A DNA stretch of 64,000 nt from positions 1-64,000 of the forward strand of contig KZ538310.1 of the NCBI GenBank assembly GCA_000934665.2, given 5' to 3'. The notes under the pieces are model-generated. The model did no database searches. It was not told the origin of the DNA and saw nothing but the letters and a program-made list of their open reading frames with translations. Numbering within the stretch: position 1 is the first letter of the stretch; the number at the start of each line of letters is the position of its first letter. Positions 61,184-64,000 of this stretch are shown piece by piece. The translations under genes were made by a program, and so were the position numbers. This DNA comes from Catajapyx aquilonaris. Lineage: Eukaryota.

Positions 61184-64000
61184 TATAAATATAATTATTA
61201 ACATATTAACAATGGCGTGTCATACAACGGAGTTTCATGCCGTGAAAGTTTACGGGTTGTATAGAGACAGTCAACAACCCTCAAAAAGGTAAATAACATT
61301 TACACCTAATGCACATTAGCTCTTCGGTCCCAGTAATCCAACTGGCTTTAAGTTCTTTTTATTGCTCTTTTATTCCCTGCTTCGTACACCTTGACCTCCA
61401 CTCGCGCCAATGCATCTTGATATAAGTCATGGAGCAAGGAGCTGTAATTTCCGAACTCCCGACATGAGAAGTATAGGGCCGAGTGATCCGTGGGCCGTTG
61501 CAAACACGAGGACTGTCTCCTGGACCCGTAGCAGAGCAATCGTGAATCCGTATCCAAGCCCACCTTACTTCTTGTGAGCCAATCCCAAAACGGCCCATCC
61601 CGGGATCCCAGTGGAAATGAATGGGAGAGGCCGCAAAATCCCCGAAATTTTCTTCCCCTTTCTTCCCCGACCTTGAATCCAAGCCATGGTCGTAGGTTAG
61701 CGAATAAAATGCACCCTCCCCCCTCCCCAACTTCCATAGCTCTATACCCACTTTCTAGTTCACTGCGGCACTCCCTGGTCGGGCCTTGTATCGATCCGGC
61801 CAAAAGCCGCATCCCTCGGCCCCAAGCTCCAAGAGGAATCTACTCCAGCTGCCAAAAAACGGGATCTAACAGAATTTACACTTCTATCGGCAAATACGCT
61901 GCTGATAGCGATAGGCATTCGTTTGATGCATGCAAAGCCGCGTCGCAAAACCCGGTAATGCACGCGCAACTTACCGGACGCAACGCATGGCTCCGGTAAC
62001 TTCGCGCACGCAATCCTGCGCAAGCATCCAATGGCGACGGATAGCATGTTCCATACTGTCAGTCTCTGGCGAAAAAATCAACAATTATAACGAAAAACGC
62101 AAAGCGTATGCGTCAGTCATGTTGATGTTATACTGTATGTTATAATTAATTGATGTCCACACAAGCGATCTTCATGCTCATACACATAGGGCATGGGATG
62201 CAGTCATAGTTCTAGTTTGTTTTCCGTACGTTTTGTCGTCGGGCACCGTATAGGGGACATAAAGTCTCGATTAACTAGCTCTGACCGGACTCTGGAGGTC
62301 AGGTCACGCGTCACTCAGACGACATCACCGCGGGAGTAAAAGCACCCAAAGCAACCATTAAAAACCCACAACCTGATAAGTCTGAGTATACTGCATAATA
62401 CACCCGTAACCCTTCCCGTCCTCATACACTAATGTGACTATTAAACTGCCTCGCTACCGAGAACGGAAATCGAGACCTTACCCCAATGCGCGATATCAAC
62501 GAGTTGTTAATTAATTTCATTCTAGGATCTCGCTTCCTATGGCCTATATATGAATACCTGCGGGCGGCAATTACTGCTGGGCCCAAACTAAGGAATTGTA
62601 AATCACCGCCAAGTACACAACTAACTTTGCGGCATGATGACACAGGGAATTATTGGGCAATTACAAGGCGGTCTGCCACCCAACTTCAAATAATGCTGCG
62701 CTCTAAATATACATAGATGCGTGCTCATACTAGCCAAATAGCTACTAAATGTTCACGATGTAATTAATGTAGGCGTTTCAACCATGGTCAACCTGTAAAC
62801 CATAATTAATATTCTTCGAGCCACAGCACACGCCCCATTTCTAACGCCACTGTTCAAAGTTAAACGTAGCTTTGAACTACGTTCAGCTATCATTCGTTTT
62901 CTAACCGCAAATGAACACGTTCGAATGTTCAAAGGGGACTTACACAACCATTGGTACCGGTCGGTACAGTGCAACCGTGGTTTAACCCACAGTCCGAGAA
63001 ATCTGGTATCAAGACTATACAAAGTGGTATACGTAGTACTCGTACAGTACATTCCACCGTTTATTTACAGAGCTTTCTTACACACTGTGACAAGTGTTGC
63101 CTTTGCATAGGCAATGCAGCAGAACACCGAAATAACCTTTCAACGTCAGGTGCGTGGGCATCGAATCGATCTTGTACTGTACCGATTTATAGCCACATAT
63201 GCTGTACGTCCAGTCGTGCATACCTTCCTGACAACCCACATGTATTGGTCATGTTTATGCAACCTCTGATCTATATTTGAGGTTACAGGGTCCCTCCCAA
63301 ATAGACTGCATTAAAACTAAATTGCCTTTGAAACGTTTGAGATGAACTAGTTTCATTCGCGTCGCTCCAGGCTGCGTAGAATTTTTTGTTATCCAAACCG
63401 ACATTATTCAGTGCGAAAAATTACCCTGCGAGCATGTAATCAATGCACGCACCGCACTGTTACCAACACCCACGTTGTCACGTCAGTTGCGACAGCATCT
63501 CATAAAGCAGTAACCTTATATGACCACTTCCGCTGGTGTAAGCAACACGCACAACACACAAACACTTCATAGTATGGCCCAAGAAATAGTTGTCATTTTC
63601 CTCTGAAATACTTGTCCCCAGCATGGAAAAATTCGTAAACTCATCCTGTCCCTCCCGCAACACTTGAGCCTCTATTATTCGCCGACATGTATAAGTTACA
63701 GGGGTAAAAAAATATATATATTCCTCGCGACTTCGGTAGGCGAAGCGTTCTGCTTTAAGACGCTTATCCAATACATTGAGTACAGTGCGGATTATTGCGA
63801 ATCGTGATGGCTCCAGTCAAGAGCAGTCGGGCACGTAAGACAGAAGTTTGCCTTTAATGTGCCACGATTTTTCTCACGAGGATCCCAAGTCGAGCCATTC
63901 CAGCACAGATTATCATGAGGCGATGTGTTTTATAACTGCTATTACGCCATGAATATTAACACCCCATTTAAATAATGCATCCAGGCGTCATATGGACGTG

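Overview
AT-rich eukaryotic genomic DNA from an arthropod, judged by (TTAGG)n tracts, a TCAGTY initiator-like motif and many ~55-65 nt introns. Three intron-containing protein genes can be reconstructed by hand. (1) A 24-exon, ~1,410-aa minus-strand double-domain animal heme peroxidase (DBLOX/Drosophila CG10211-like, 7120-24868). Its N-terminal domain lacks the catalytic and heme-ligand residues, its C-terminal domain is intact, and it has 2-3 GC-AG introns. (2) A plus-strand WS/DGAT-like (condensation-fold) acyltransferase (36951-40748) with a variant HHxxxEG motif. Its probable first micro-exon (ATGGCGCG|GTAAGT, 25162) lies ~300 bp from the peroxidase 5' end, head-to-head. (3) A minus-strand SLC16/MCT-type MFS transporter (48850-52930, ~906 aa). 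Introns and intergenic DNA are crowded with non-autonomous elements, many nested: tRNA-derived SINEs with a covarying 3' stem-loop, Tc1/mariner, piggyBac-, hAT-, Harbinger- and ISL2EU-like MITEs, a 2.9-kb foldback element, and two (TG)n-flanked TIR elements carrying telomeric TTAGG repeats. No intact transposase, rRNA, bona fide tRNA or CRISPR array was seen. All models are manual and unverified by searches. I found no unambiguous new biological system; the best leads are listed as findings.
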